A stretch of DNA of 59,205 bases from a virus (taxonomy: Duplodnaviria > Caudoviricetes). This document shows, piece after piece, positions 34,582-46,083 of the stretch (the first letter of the stretch is position 1; every line of letters starts with the position of its first letter). Location of the stretch: IMG/VR virus record IMGVR_UViG_3300026026_000125, positions 1-59,205 of that record. One strand, given 5' to 3'. The position numbers and the translations under genes were made by a program. The notes beneath the pieces are model-generated. The model did no database searches and was not told where the DNA came from. It saw nothing but the letters and a program-made list of their open reading frames with translations.

Positions 34582-35736
34582 TTAATTATCAATTGTTGCT
34601 ATAATTAACCCTGTTTGGGTTTTAAACCACGGAGACATAATTACACGTTCCCCTTTATTGTATTCAATTGCAGAACCTACAACATGTACCCATACAGTAT
34701 CTCCTTCTGAGTAAAGATTATGAGTCCCCCCGCTTAACGCGCCTGTTGTAATCTGTGTATTTGAATCCACTGTTACAATAGTGGCATGACTACCATCGGT
34801 AACATTATAAACTACATCGCCGACTTTTGCCCCCGCCGTAAAACCTGTTCCAATTAAAGTTGTGCTGTCACCGCCTGTACCTGCTGTTATTTTTAATGTG
34901 TCAAGCGTTATTTTTTTATCAATTGCTTTTTTATAGCGATATCGGGTATATGTTGAATCTTTCTTTAAAAACAAATAACTGCTTTGTGGAGTATCAATAG
35001 GTATATCTTCCAGGGTATTTATTTCATCAGTATAGGCATTTGTAATATCAAGTGCCCTACCTTTATATATTATATCTTCGGAAGGGGTATAAATTGAATA
35101 TGTATTGTCAATAGTTGCGACAAGGACTCCTATTTTAACTGAATCGGAAGTAGCAAAAGTATCATCACTCCCTCCTGATAATGCCGTAGTTGTTAACTGT
35201 GTTGCACTATCAATGCTTACTATGGTAGCATAACTATCATCAGTGGTATTTCTTATAAGCATTCCTGGCTTGACGGTACCGTCAAGAAAGGTGCCGGTAG
35301 AAATTTTAAGTACAGTACCGGAGCCACCGACTGCTGCCGTCACAGTTTTTGTTTGCAGCGTAAATGTATCATCTGTAAAACTGGAATACCAATATGATTT
35401 CGTCACCCCTGATTTAACAATTCGTATAATACCGGTAGGAGGAGTATCTGTAGCAATATTTGCAGTACATTGAACAGTGGTGCTGTCTTTCACATTCGCG
35501 GTATTGTGAGAAGTTAAAATATCCTTATAATCCCCCACCTGGTAAAATTCATTTGATGTATTACTGAATTCCTCTAAAAGAGCAATTACGTCCTGTAATG
35601 TTTGCAAATCTGCTTCAGCCTGGACATAAGCATCCTGTGTTACCCTTAATTGTGGATAAAGCCTGGATAATTCAGATATATTTTTGATATATGTTACCTT
35701 TTTAGAGGTTGTTTCGATTACTACAAACCTTTTCAT
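34582..35736 (-). CDS. Structural/decoration protein with repeated beta domain
   Basis: NxTDxSxATIVxxDSxTQxTTxALSGG occurs twice. Confidence 0.6.
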   Translation of the reverse strand: MKRFVVIETTSKKVTYIKNISELSRLYPQLRVTQDAYVQAEADLQTLQDVIALLEEFSNTSNEFYQVGDYKDILTSHNTANVKDSTTVQCTANIATDTPPTGIIRIVKSGVTKSYWYSSFTDDTFTLQTKTVTAAVGGSGTVLKISTGTFLDGTVKPGMLIRNTTDDSYATIVSIDSATQLTTTALSGGSDDTFATSDSVKIGVLVATIDNTYSIYTPSEDIIYKGRALDITNAYTDEINTLEDIPIDTPQSSYLFLKKDSTYTRYRYKKAIDKKITLDTLKITAGTGGDSTTLIGTGFTAGAKVGDVVYNVTDGSHATIVTVDSNTQITTGALSGGTHNLYSEGDTVWVHVVGSAIEYNKGERVIMSPWFKTQTGLIIATIDN

Positions 35737-35737
35737 A

Positions 35738-36502
35738 TTACCTATTTTTTTTGAAATAATTAGAATATTGTACTCTAGTATTTACGGGTTTCTGTTCTTC
35801 AATTTGAGCATTTGAAGTTGTGATATCAGGAAGTCCGTCTGTTTTTCTGGCCTCTTCTTTTTTAGCAACAATTGCCTCATTTTTACCGGCTATTTTTGCC
35901 GCTTCAGTTGCCGAAACTTGGTCTTTATCGTAATTGATCATTTTATAAAATTGTGACAAAGTATTTTTGTCAACTTTAAAATCAAGAATATCATTGACCA
36001 GTTGATCAATTTTGGTTACCAAATCCTGCGCTTCTTCGTCGCTTAAATTATTCTCTTTTGCAAATTCTTCGATTGCCTGTGACGCAGTTTCCTTATTCGT
36101 AGAAAGTGTTTTCTGGTATTCACTGGCAGAATTCATTTTGGAAATACGTTCTTCAGAATTCTTTTTCCATCCTTCAAGATCGGGTTCCCCTTCCATTGGG
36201 GTTAAATCTGCCGGGTCAATATGCCGTGCAATAGCCTCCCTAAAACTTGCTCCTTTAATCATATCTTCTATGATTGCAAATAATTCGGGTTCGCTTTTTA
36301 TAAGATCGATAAGTTTTTGATTTGCTTCAAGGGATTTGGATTTGTAATCTTCAAGTCCTGATACATGTTCATTGGCTTTGTCAAACATTTCATTTTCATC
36401 AAAGTCTGTTTCTTCAGGATTTTCTTTTCCCATTACTGTTAACATCTTAACCTTGAATGGATGGCGTTTAGGCTTTTCTTGTCCGGTTGCAGTTTCTGCC
36501 AT
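35738..36502 (-). CDS. Capsid scaffolding protein
   Basis: Acidic, helical, first gene of the capsid operon. Confidence 0.65.
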   Translation of the reverse strand: MAETATGQEKPKRHPFKVKMLTVMGKENPEETDFDENEMFDKANEHVSGLEDYKSKSLEANQKLIDLIKSEPELFAIIEDMIKGASFREAIARHIDPADLTPMEGEPDLEGWKKNSEERISKMNSASEYQKTLSTNKETASQAIEEFAKENNLSDEEAQDLVTKIDQLVNDILDFKVDKNTLSQFYKMINYDKDQVSATEAAKIAGKNEAIVAKKEEARKTDGLPDITTSNAQIEEQKPVNTRVQYSNYFKKNR

Positions 36503-36628
36503 AATTGGTTTTATTTTGTTTAAACATTAGTTGACAAAATAAAACAAATTGTTAACAAATTAATTTGCATTATAAGTGTAATATATTACATTATGCAATA
36601 TATTTGTTTAACCTTTTTATTAAAAAAT

Positions 36629-36859
36629 ATGACAGAATTTTTTGAAAAAGTTTCAACCAGGACAGAGAACTATGAAAAAAAGAAAGAAAGAATATATCTT
36701 GCTTATAAGGATTTATTAAAAGAATTAGGGAAAAGAGCAAGATATTGTTCTAAACAAAGCCTATATGCCGAGGTAGGAGAAATATTTAACCTTTCAGGTT
36801 ATAGGACTGGAGAAATAATTAAAAAGAAAATAAAGAGTGAGCGAACAATTATTAGTTGA
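36629..36859 (+). CDS. Small HTH-like protein upstream of the terminase
   Basis: YAEVGEIFNLSGYRTGEII. Confidence 0.5.
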   Translation: MTEFFEKVSTRTENYEKKKERIYLAYKDLLKELGKRARYCSKQSLYAEVGEIFNLSGYRTGEIIKKKIKSERTIIS

Positions 36860-38831
36860 TGAAATAATCAACGAAAATAAACGCAGGAATGATTCACTTT
36901 ATGAACCTTATGATCCGATTCTTGGGATTGGGTCTCCCATTAAAAGAATAAGGCTAAATTATTTAAATGGTAATAATAAAGTCGGCTTATTGGTGCCTGA
37001 ATCTTTTTATAATACGAAAGTAATTTCTGAATTATCTAAAATTGGCAGCATTGATGGGTTTTTAAAAAAATATTACGGTTCTGTCAATGATGCTTTGAGA
37101 AATAAATTTAACAAGGAGCTTATAAAAGAAAGAATGAGGCATGACTTTGAATTTTATTCAAATACATGTCTTACTATAACTGATAAAGAAACATCTCAAT
37201 CGATAAAATTAAGATTAAGAAAAGTTCAGAGAAAATTTCTGAAAGAACTAGAAGATATGAGGTTGAAGAATATTCCCATACGGGCAAATCTTTTAAAATC
37301 CCGCCAATGGGGAGGGTCTACTTTAACGGAAGCATATATGTTTTGGATTCAAACATTAATAAAAACAGGTTGGAGCAGTGCTATTATTGCGGATGTTGAA
37401 GATCAAGCAAGAAATATAAGAGGCATGTACGAAACATTTGTAGAATATCATCCTTTGGATTTAGGTAAATTAAGCCTTTCGCCTTACAGGGGATCATCAA
37501 AAAATAAAATTATTAATGAACGAAACTGTATTGTTGGTATTGGTTCGTTTCAAAAACCAGAAAATCTCAGATCGTTTTCATTTAAAATGCTTCATGAAAC
37601 AGAGCTTGCTTCTTGGATTGATACTCGGCGAAGAAAGGGTAAAAATATGGATTTGGCACTGACAAATACAATCCCTGATCAACCTTATACATTTATAGTA
37701 AAAGAAAGTACCGCCAAAGGCATAGGAAATCACTGGCATAATACCTGGCTTGCGTCGGAAACCGGAAAAGGAGGGTATAAAAATATATTTATTCCATTCT
37801 TTGAAGTAGAAATATACCAAAAACCTATAAATAATATACCGGAATTTATAAGCACAATGACGGCCCATGATAAATATTTATGGGAACTTGGGGCTACCTT
37901 AGAAAGTATCAATTGGCATAACTGGAAAAAGAATTTTGAAAATTTTGACGATTGGAATATGTGTGAAGAATTCCCGGCTACGGCTGAGGAGGCATTTCAA
38001 AGCACAGGACAACGTGCATTCGCTCCCATTTATGTGTCTAAAAATAAGGTAAACGTATGTGATCCTGAATTTATTGGGGACATATTTGCTTCAGAATCAA
38101 AAGGTAAAAAAGCATTTGAGAAAATAGAATTTCATGAAACACCTGACGGTAATTTTCAGATATGGGCCATGCCGGACTTATCTGTTAAAATGAAAGACAG
38201 ATATGTTGTAATAGTTGATATTGGAGGAAGAACAAGTGGCGCTGACTATTCTGTAATAAAAGTTTTGGATAGATATTGGATGGCCGAAGGAGGGAAACCA
38301 GAAGTTGTTGCTGTGTGGAGGGGACATTTAGATCAAGATTTGCTTGCATGGAAGGCCGCTCAAATTGCTAAATTTTATAATAACGGACATTTAGTTGTTG
38401 AGGTAAATTCATTAAGGACGGAAGAAGATACGGAAGCAGACCATTCATTAACTGTTTTAGATGAAATAGTAGAATTCTACCCCAATATGTATATCCGTAA
38501 TGACCCGGAGAAAGTTAAGCAAGGGGAAGCTGTGAGATATGGGTTTCATACCAATAAGAAAACAAAACCTATGGTTATTGACCATTACAATGGTATACTT
38601 AGAGATGAGGCATATATTGAAAGGTCAAAGAATGCTCTTAATGAAGCAGATCAATATGAAAAGAAACCAAACGGTTCTTATGGAGCTAAAGAAGGGTGTC
38701 ATGATGATGAACTTATGACAACAGCTATTGGATGTTATGTAGCTATGGAAAAGCTTGATCCTCCGAAAATAATAAAGGATGTTCCTAAAAATAATACAAG
38801 AAGGTTTGCGACAAGTGAAGCGGTAATATAA
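36837..38831 (+). CDS. terL: Terminase large subunit
   Basis: LKSRQWGGST Walker A, ESTAKGIGN, VDIGG...DYS and HDDELM nuclease motifs. Confidence 0.93.
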   Translation: MSEQLLVDEIINENKRRNDSLYEPYDPILGIGSPIKRIRLNYLNGNNKVGLLVPESFYNTKVISELSKIGSIDGFLKKYYGSVNDALRNKFNKELIKERMRHDFEFYSNTCLTITDKETSQSIKLRLRKVQRKFLKELEDMRLKNIPIRANLLKSRQWGGSTLTEAYMFWIQTLIKTGWSSAIIADVEDQARNIRGMYETFVEYHPLDLGKLSLSPYRGSSKNKIINERNCIVGIGSFQKPENLRSFSFKMLHETELASWIDTRRRKGKNMDLALTNTIPDQPYTFIVKESTAKGIGNHWHNTWLASETGKGGYKNIFIPFFEVEIYQKPINNIPEFISTMTAHDKYLWELGATLESINWHNWKKNFENFDDWNMCEEFPATAEEAFQSTGQRAFAPIYVSKNKVNVCDPEFIGDIFASESKGKKAFEKIEFHETPDGNFQIWAMPDLSVKMKDRYVVIVDIGGRTSGADYSVIKVLDRYWMAEGGKPEVVAVWRGHLDQDLLAWKAAQIAKFYNNGHLVVEVNSLRTEEDTEADHSLTVLDEIVEFYPNMYIRNDPEKVKQGEAVRYGFHTNKKTKPMVIDHYNGILRDEAYIERSKNALNEADQYEKKPNGSYGAKEGCHDDELMTTAIGCYVAMEKLDPPKIIKDVPKNNTRRFATSEAVI

Positions 38832-38842
38832 ACTATATAATT

Positions 38843-39136
38843 ATGTACCACATTTTTTATTTTAAAATTGAAGGCCCAAATTATTTTAATTGGTATTGCA
38901 CAAAAGAATGGTATTTAAGTATTCTTCATATTTTTTCAATACGATATAATGGATTTAAAAGACAAATAACTAAACATCCTCACGCTAATTGTGCATATTT
39001 TATAATCAGATTTTTATTTATAAAATTGACATTTAGGGTAGGATTACAACATATAACATGGTTTTGGATTAGAAATGAAGAAATATATAATATTCGTTGT
39101 AAAATATATAATTGGTATAACTGGCCACCTTTCTAA
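38843..39136 (+). CDS. Hypothetical protein
   Basis: 97-aa ORF. Confidence 0.5.
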   Translation: MYHIFYFKIEGPNYFNWYCTKEWYLSILHIFSIRYNGFKRQITKHPHANCAYFIIRFLFIKLTFRVGLQHITWFWIRNEEIYNIRCKIYNWYNWPPF

Positions 39137-39500
39137 TATGAAAAATAAGCAACCTAAAATTAATACCAATACAAATACTCCTTTATCTATAGATGAAGTT
39201 ATTAAATTAAATTCTACGCTTCTTGTAGAAAACGATTTGTATTATATGAATGGAAGAATGAATGCAATAAAGCCATGTGGAATACTTTATATTCCAGAAT
39301 TAGACAAACCATTGATTAATGTTGTCATCGAAAAATTAATAATAAAAATGAAAATCCATGAAAACATATTTTTTAAAAAAAGATTTTAGAAATAAATTCA
39401 TCTTTTTACCTAAAGATACTCTTGTAAATGAATATGATTTTACTAAAGAATTTATTAATGCAAATCCAGATTTATTTCAAGAAATAAAAAACAAAAAATA

Positions 39501-39974
39501 ATGGAAAAAGAAAAACTTTTTGATTTCTCATATTATACCCGAATCTTTAAATCTATTAAAGAATGGTGGAACTGGAATAAAATTTTTTTTAAAATGAAAC
39601 GCGGAGAATGGAAATTAGAAGATTCCATGAAACTTGCCGATATTTATACTAAACGTTGGAATAAAAAGTATTATGTTATTCCTGACCCTAAAGGAAATCC
39701 GATAGTATTAAATTCTTTGGAGTTTGAATATTATAAACGAAAAGGGATTTTTAATAAAGAACTTCACGCTTTTGATCTTCAAAAAGACTGTTATTATCAG
39801 ACTTATCCAAAGCATGATATAAATAAAACAGTGAAAAAGCCAGTAGGAAAAATAAAACCGATACTTGCAGTTGGAATTAATAAATTACCAAAAAATTATA
39901 AATTAAGAAATGGAGATGGGGGGTATGATAATTCGGGACAAGTATTTGTATTCTTTAATGGAGAGTGGAAATAA
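39501..39974 (+). CDS. Hypothetical protein
   Basis: 157-aa ORF. Confidence 0.7.
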   Translation: MEKEKLFDFSYYTRIFKSIKEWWNWNKIFFKMKRGEWKLEDSMKLADIYTKRWNKKYYVIPDPKGNPIVLNSLEFEYYKRKGIFNKELHAFDLQKDCYYQTYPKHDINKTVKKPVGKIKPILAVGINKLPKNYKLRNGDGGYDNSGQVFVFFNGEWK

Positions 39975-40588
39975 TGGCAACAATTTTACGTGGCAAAAGA
40001 AAAGGTCAGCAAATAACGCTCCATTAATGGTGTAATGATTGGTGTACGGATTGCGACAACAATGTATATCCAATTTCTTCACTACAGTTTACATCTGAAG
40101 AATTTACTAAAATACTAAATGATGATAAGTCGGGATTATTGCCTGTTCTTTATATTGCTGATATGAAAAATAGAAGATTCTTAAAACGAAAATAAACATT
40201 AACCAATACTTAATAGAATGAAAAAACGTGTGAGAAAATATTGGAATATGATATTTAAGGAAAGTTTTACATTTGGAAAATCAATCGTATTTCCCTTAGA
40301 TATTATTTGTAAAAAGATAGCTTCAAAAAATGTATCTTCAATAAAACCAGTAAAGAATAATATGGTAAAAATAATTAAAACAGCATGTGAGTTTCAAAAA
40401 TTAATTAACAAACCCTCACAATCCCAAAATCCTTAAATCTCCAATATTCAAAACTTAATGTTTTGGAAGGTGTAAAAGTAGATTTATTGATACTTGCTTT
40501 TACGCTTTTTCTTAATACATCAAGTTCTACCTGTTGCCTCTGCCTAAAATCCATTTTGTTTAACTAATTTTATAAAATATTAAACAAA

Positions 40589-42565
40589 TTATTGATTTTG
40601 TTGATTCAGCATTTTCATTGCCTGTGGGTTGGCTCCTTGCTGAATTGATTGAACCTGTTCCGGTGTTGGTGGTTGGCCTTGTCCCTGTAAAGATTCTTTT
40701 TGTTTGTTTAACGCATCTAAAAGTTTATCTGAAAATGGCATTGCGCTATTTTCCAGGTACATTTCAAGACTTATTAATCCTGCCTGTAACAATCCTGAAA
40801 GTTTATCGTCAATAAGTTGTCTGTAAACAGGTGTATTAACAGCTTTACTTCTAACCAAATCATATTCCATTTTACGAATATCTTCAGGAACATATTTCTT
40901 AATATTACTTTTATAGGCATTCCCGGCTACTGAAATATATCTCTCAGTATCATAAAACTGCATGATCATTTTTAAAGTCTTATAATCTCTTTTTTCAAGA
41001 AACTTTTCAAAGATAGTCATATGTTTCAAGGTGTTCAGGGTCGAATTTTGTGCTTCTTGAGCGTATAAAGATGCAGGCGCTCCGGCCCCAATATTTTTTC
41101 CTTGTATGGCCGAATGAACACCTGAAATATCTTGTGTAAATTGTAATTGGCTTGCAAGGATTTCATAAAGGCCAATATTGGTACTTTTTTCTGAAATTTG
41201 TCGGGGAGGTTCCACTCCGGCTTTAGGTGTATAAACTATTACAGCATCAAATTTTGTCCATTGGTCGGCAAAAGTTTCAGGCGTCATGTCTTCTGGAATA
41301 GCAGAAGCAGGTACAAGTAATGCTCCCTTTGCAGAAGCAGCAATAATAAAATCCTGAAGCATCATGTTCCTATTGATGGATTTTTGAGGACTTATCAAAT
41401 CTTCAACAAATCCTTTTACCTTTCCATCAATTAAAGGTGCATATGTAATTATAAATGGGTGTTCCTGGTGTTCGAAAGGAGATTCACCTTCCCATAGAAT
41501 ATCTCCCGTGGGAGTCATATATTTCCCATACCAGAATTGTTCTTTTATTTGTTGTGCATTTACGAGTGCCCATAATTCTTCCGGTACATTATTTTTTTTA
41601 TAAACTTCTATCCTTTGTTTATTTAATTTATCAACATCAGAAAGGCTTATGTTTACAATATTTTCCTCACCGGTCAGTTCATCATGGACATAAGTACGCC
41701 ATTCACTTTTAAGTTCCCAGGCTTCAATAACCCTGCATTTATCAGTAGGTGGAATCAAAAAACTAAGATTATCAATTTCCGTAGTATCCAAACCTTTTGT
41801 TAAAATAAGAGGTTCTTTTATAATGTATTTATACCAATTTTTTATTTTTTCTTCATCAGCTTTGGTAAGTGAAAATGAAGAAATAATATCGTCCAATTGG
41901 CAATCTATGATCTGACCAATACATCTTAAATCGGTTCCTCTTATGTCCGAAATATCAGAATTAAAGAATATCCTGTGGGGATTGCAATTTTCAATAAAGA
42001 TATTTTTTTCATTGCGTTCCTTAATGTATTTATATCTCATTTTCTGAATAGCAACACCTGTTAATGTAAACATTTCATACATCTGGGAATCTATCAAAGG
42101 CAATGAGTTTAATTGTCCCACAGCCTGGATAGCATTGCTTAATATTTCGGCCTCATCCGCACATTCTTTAGTTCTTGAGGTAACTACAATTTGGGTTTCG
42201 TTATTGAGAAATTGTCCTACCAGGTTATTTATGATAGGTTGTATAATGTTTTGAGTTAAAGGTTGGCGACCCTTTCTTCTGATATGGTATTCTTCGGTGC
42301 AATATTTTTTAATTTCCGGATCATAAATAACATCATTCCATTGATTGCCCTGCGCAAAATTCCTGTTTCTTCTTGCTCTTGTCCTGAAATCAGATAAAGC
42401 TTCCCAATAGTTTTTATACCTGTTTAAATCTTTAAGATTTTCAGTTTTGTTGGCAGACTCAGAAATAGCATTAATATTTTTAGAGACTGCCTTTTTTGAC
42501 ATGTATTTCTTGGGATTAAATCTTAAATCCCTGGCTGTTATTTTATTTTTCATTATATTTTTCAA
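40589..42565 (-). CDS. Portal protein (P22-like)
   Basis: FAQGNQW, PLTQNIIQPIINNLVG, DLISPQKSINR and ISGVHSAIQG motifs; Q-rich tail. Confidence 0.88.
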   Translation of the reverse strand: MKNIMKNKITARDLRFNPKKYMSKKAVSKNINAISESANKTENLKDLNRYKNYWEALSDFRTRARRNRNFAQGNQWNDVIYDPEIKKYCTEEYHIRRKGRQPLTQNIIQPIINNLVGQFLNNETQIVVTSRTKECADEAEILSNAIQAVGQLNSLPLIDSQMYEMFTLTGVAIQKMRYKYIKERNEKNIFIENCNPHRIFFNSDISDIRGTDLRCIGQIIDCQLDDIISSFSLTKADEEKIKNWYKYIIKEPLILTKGLDTTEIDNLSFLIPPTDKCRVIEAWELKSEWRTYVHDELTGEENIVNISLSDVDKLNKQRIEVYKKNNVPEELWALVNAQQIKEQFWYGKYMTPTGDILWEGESPFEHQEHPFIITYAPLIDGKVKGFVEDLISPQKSINRNMMLQDFIIAASAKGALLVPASAIPEDMTPETFADQWTKFDAVIVYTPKAGVEPPRQISEKSTNIGLYEILASQLQFTQDISGVHSAIQGKNIGAGAPASLYAQEAQNSTLNTLKHMTIFEKFLEKRDYKTLKMIMQFYDTERYISVAGNAYKSNIKKYVPEDIRKMEYDLVRSKAVNTPVYRQLIDDKLSGLLQAGLISLEMYLENSAMPFSDKLLDALNKQKESLQGQGQPPTPEQVQSIQQGANPQAMKMLNQQNQ

Positions 42566-45500
42566 TTATATCATTCATTAACATGTCACGTTCTTTATTT
42601 AGTAAATCAATATATTTTTGATCTTCAACTTTTTTCTTTGGCGCCATTACATCCTGATCAAAATTCTTAAGCATTTCATCAATGGCTTTCCACTTTTTGT
42701 AATTAGGGGTATTCATTTCGTCAAGCATCTTAACAGGATCATTGGTTTTTTCTAATGCTCTATATCTACTTTGAAAATTATCATGCCATTGGTTTACTTT
42801 TTTAAATTCTTCATATAAAGCACCTTTTGATTTATTTCTATAAAAGGCATTTATAAAAGGTATACTACCAATATCAAAACCTTCTACCTGGTCAGGTGTA
42901 TTTTTTTCATATTCTTTAGTCTTTGCCCATGTAGCTTTAGAAATTGATGTTACTGCATCGGACAATATTGTACCAAGTCCGCCTCCATATTGTCTTATCA
43001 TAAAATCCCATGCAGCCGGATTAAGGTCCCATGGATCGGAAATTTTTTCGCCTTCTTTGTTGACATTGGTTCCCTGTAATCCACTTCCATGTTCAGTCCA
43101 TAAACTTTGAGTAAGTCCTATCAAAACAGGATTTGTGTTATTGAGATATTTTTCAACATCAGGAGTATAGGACTTCTGTGTTTCAGTAAATGGCTCTTTA
43201 TAAATTCTTCTTCCGGCATAGTCTTTATTTTCCCAAAGTTGTACAAGTGGTTCAACTATTGATATTTGCCTTAAAACGTATTTGCCGAACTGAAGTTCTT
43301 TCTCGTCTTTATTCCACATTGTACCCATTTCTACGGGGGACATGGCATTTTGTATATTCTCCAATGCATCCATGATGGCCGTTTCTTCGTCTATTTTCCC
43401 ATGTATCAGATCATGAGAAATAACACCAAAAGCATTCCACATCCTATAACCTTGTGCTATCGGAATAGATAGGTTATGATTTCCAAAACCTATCACCATA
43501 TTATTATAACGGGTATATTTGTTGGGTTTTTTATAATCTTTCTCTTTATCCCTGTCTTTATTATAAAGATCGTATAAATATGTTGTTGCATATCCAAAAG
43601 CAGCCAATTGTAACCCTGTTGCAAGGAAATATTTATAAGGATGATTCTTAGCCATTACCGCCTGTTTGGTTGCACCCTGAATCGAAGCATTAAAAAAATT
43701 CACAAATGAACCTATCGTAGAGGACCAGTTGCCCTTGCGATCAAAGTTTACCGTAACTTCTTTAGCCGCATTGATAGATTCAGGAATAGATGCTCCGTTT
43801 TCCCTTGCAGAAATATAAGCAGCATAACGAGAAGTAGTCTCTAAATGTCCGGTCAGATAATCAACAGCTTTCCATACCTTCATTGCATTTACTACAGCGT
43901 GTCTTGTGGGATGTTGTAGCGAATTAGTAAGTTTGTCAATATTTGTGGCGATATCTTCAATGCTCTGAAGAGAAGTGCTTCCTGTTTTGCCGCCACCGGA
44001 CGTAAACTCATCCCAATACTTCATATATTTACCAGACTCCTTACCTAATTCACCCCTGGTTGTTTGAGCTAAAGCAATAGGCCAGTTTTTTGCAAACAAA
44101 GCAGCCTCTTTAGCGTCTCTTTGAATAAATGTCGAAGCAATACCGTCCTCGAAGTCTCTAACCGGGTTCCTAACTCCAAATGTAACACTATAAGCGGTTC
44201 TTAATTTGGCAAGTGAACGGGTAAGATAGTTAATAACCGGAACTGGGTTTGTTTTGTATTGAGAATTTATCTCATTGGCTATATTTGCGTCAGGGAAAAT
44301 AACTTTGTATTTCTGGCCTCCAAGATATGCATCAACTTCATGTTGGTTGCTTAAAGATGTAGGTTTTCTCAATTGATAATCTTTATTGATATCATTGGTC
44401 AACTTATAGTCGGCATCTTGTAATTCTTTAATATTGCCAAGATTGTTCATTTCCGGGTTGCCTGCATTATCTATATTTCCGGTGATTTCAAATACATCTC
44501 CTTTTGGGTCTATGGTAACCTCAATCTGATTTTTATCAGGCGAAGTCAAATAACTTATATTTTTAAGATGAAATAAATCTTTACGGTCTTTATTTAACAT
44601 AGCAAGTTTAACAGCAGCTTGCTTAACCCTGTTTTTTTCACCCCAAAGAATTGCAGTTTGAGCCATATTGTACATATTAGCTAAAGGATTATCGGCTAAA
44701 GAAGTACGTCCTTTGGCTTCTTTGGGCATCGCTAAACCTGATACGCCTTTACCCGCATAATCTTGTTCTAATTCTTGATATTCTTTTTCCCAACCTCTCA
44801 ATGGAACATAATATTTCCAATCCCTTTCTTTAATGACATTTGATATTCCCGAGTATCTGCCATAAGAAACCCATTTATTCATTATGTCATTAGTGGCCTT
44901 ATTGATATTTGACCAGAGATTATCTATTGCTTCTTTTGGTATTCCCTGTTCAAAATTCTGCACAAGTTCGTTGGCCTCCTTATCAGTCATCCCTGAAAAA
45001 TTAGTATCTTCGGGTATTGCATCTCCTATTTTATCTGGATTTTTTTCATAATACAAAGAGGCATTACGTTCCGGTGCATGTTTGGCAATTAAATATCTCA
45101 AGATACTTTTTTTATCGAGTTCTTTAACTTGTGAATCAAATTCCTCCTGGGTAATTTCACCTTTTGATAATTGACCTTCAAGATCAACATATTTGTCATC
45201 ATTAAATTCTTTTCCATATCTTCTCAATACTGAAACATCTTTAATAATAGGTCTGAATTCCTTACGATCAAACTTTTTAATTGCTTCGTTTGCACGGGAA
45301 TTTTTTTGATTATGCGCCCAATCAATATTTGATGCATCGGTAACAATAAGATTATTTTTTTCCTGAAGTTTCCTGACATTTATAGTTTCATCCTGTAGGT
45401 TCTCACGTATTTTCCGAAGTAGTTTTTTAGTATCGGTTATTTCTTCTTTATCTGGAACGGTTTTACTAAATGCAGGAATATCGTTGTCTTTTATGGTTTT

Positions 45501-46082
45501 ATTTATTCTTTGTATCACTTCGTCAGCAAGAATCTCTCCATCTAAATTATCCTCAAATTTAGGAACATATATAAATAATCTATGAAATCTATAATCCATA
45601 GCGTCCACGTCATCCCTATCTTCAAAATCTCCCCTGTTTTTTTTATCAAGAACAACATCAATCATGTAATCTGTTTTGGGAATAGACGCCTGATTTGGAT
45701 AATCTATGTAAATAGATGGATCATATCCTATATGATCCGATACTCGTATCGTTAATTTTTTGCCTTCATTTAAATCTATGATCCTATAGCTACTATTTCC
45801 TTTAGATTTAGTTCCCAAAATAGAATCTATTATATCTCTGGCTGCGTTTATTTCTCCTTGAGTACCGTATTCTTCGTTTATATTTGATATTATTTTGTAT
45901 ATATTTTCTTTATCCGAAATACTTAGATTTTTATTAAATAAATCTTCATTCATAGTGTTTTCTTCACCGGAATTAACTGATTTCAAAACCTCATCAAAAT
46001 CTGGTTTCATTTCACCGGAAAGCCTTTGTCTTACTTCTTCGCGTGTAAGCCATTCATTGCCTATTTTATAAACACATGCCAT
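42543..46082 (-). CDS. Large internal virion protein with LPD38-like C-terminal region
   Basis: YYVPLRG, FGVRNPVRD, VTVNFDRKG, FFNASIQG and ENKDYAGRRI motifs. Confidence 0.75.
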   Translation of the reverse strand: MACVYKIGNEWLTREEVRQRLSGEMKPDFDEVLKSVNSGEENTMNEDLFNKNLSISDKENIYKIISNINEEYGTQGEINAARDIIDSILGTKSKGNSSYRIIDLNEGKKLTIRVSDHIGYDPSIYIDYPNQASIPKTDYMIDVVLDKKNRGDFEDRDDVDAMDYRFHRLFIYVPKFEDNLDGEILADEVIQRINKTIKDNDIPAFSKTVPDKEEITDTKKLLRKIRENLQDETINVRKLQEKNNLIVTDASNIDWAHNQKNSRANEAIKKFDRKEFRPIIKDVSVLRRYGKEFNDDKYVDLEGQLSKGEITQEEFDSQVKELDKKSILRYLIAKHAPERNASLYYEKNPDKIGDAIPEDTNFSGMTDKEANELVQNFEQGIPKEAIDNLWSNINKATNDIMNKWVSYGRYSGISNVIKERDWKYYVPLRGWEKEYQELEQDYAGKGVSGLAMPKEAKGRTSLADNPLANMYNMAQTAILWGEKNRVKQAAVKLAMLNKDRKDLFHLKNISYLTSPDKNQIEVTIDPKGDVFEITGNIDNAGNPEMNNLGNIKELQDADYKLTNDINKDYQLRKPTSLSNQHEVDAYLGGQKYKVIFPDANIANEINSQYKTNPVPVINYLTRSLAKLRTAYSVTFGVRNPVRDFEDGIASTFIQRDAKEAALFAKNWPIALAQTTRGELGKESGKYMKYWDEFTSGGGKTGSTSLQSIEDIATNIDKLTNSLQHPTRHAVVNAMKVWKAVDYLTGHLETTSRYAAYISARENGASIPESINAAKEVTVNFDRKGNWSSTIGSFVNFFNASIQGATKQAVMAKNHPYKYFLATGLQLAAFGYATTYLYDLYNKDRDKEKDYKKPNKYTRYNNMVIGFGNHNLSIPIAQGYRMWNAFGVISHDLIHGKIDEETAIMDALENIQNAMSPVEMGTMWNKDEKELQFGKYVLRQISIVEPLVQLWENKDYAGRRIYKEPFTETQKSYTPDVEKYLNNTNPVLIGLTQSLWTEHGSGLQGTNVNKEGEKISDPWDLNPAAWDFMIRQYGGGLGTILSDAVTSISKATWAKTKEYEKNTPDQVEGFDIGSIPFINAFYRNKSKGALYEEFKKVNQWHDNFQSRYRALEKTNDPVKMLDEMNTPNYKKWKAIDEMLKNFDQDVMAPKKKVEDQKYIDLLNKERDMLMNDIIEKYNEK

Positions 46083-46083
46083 T

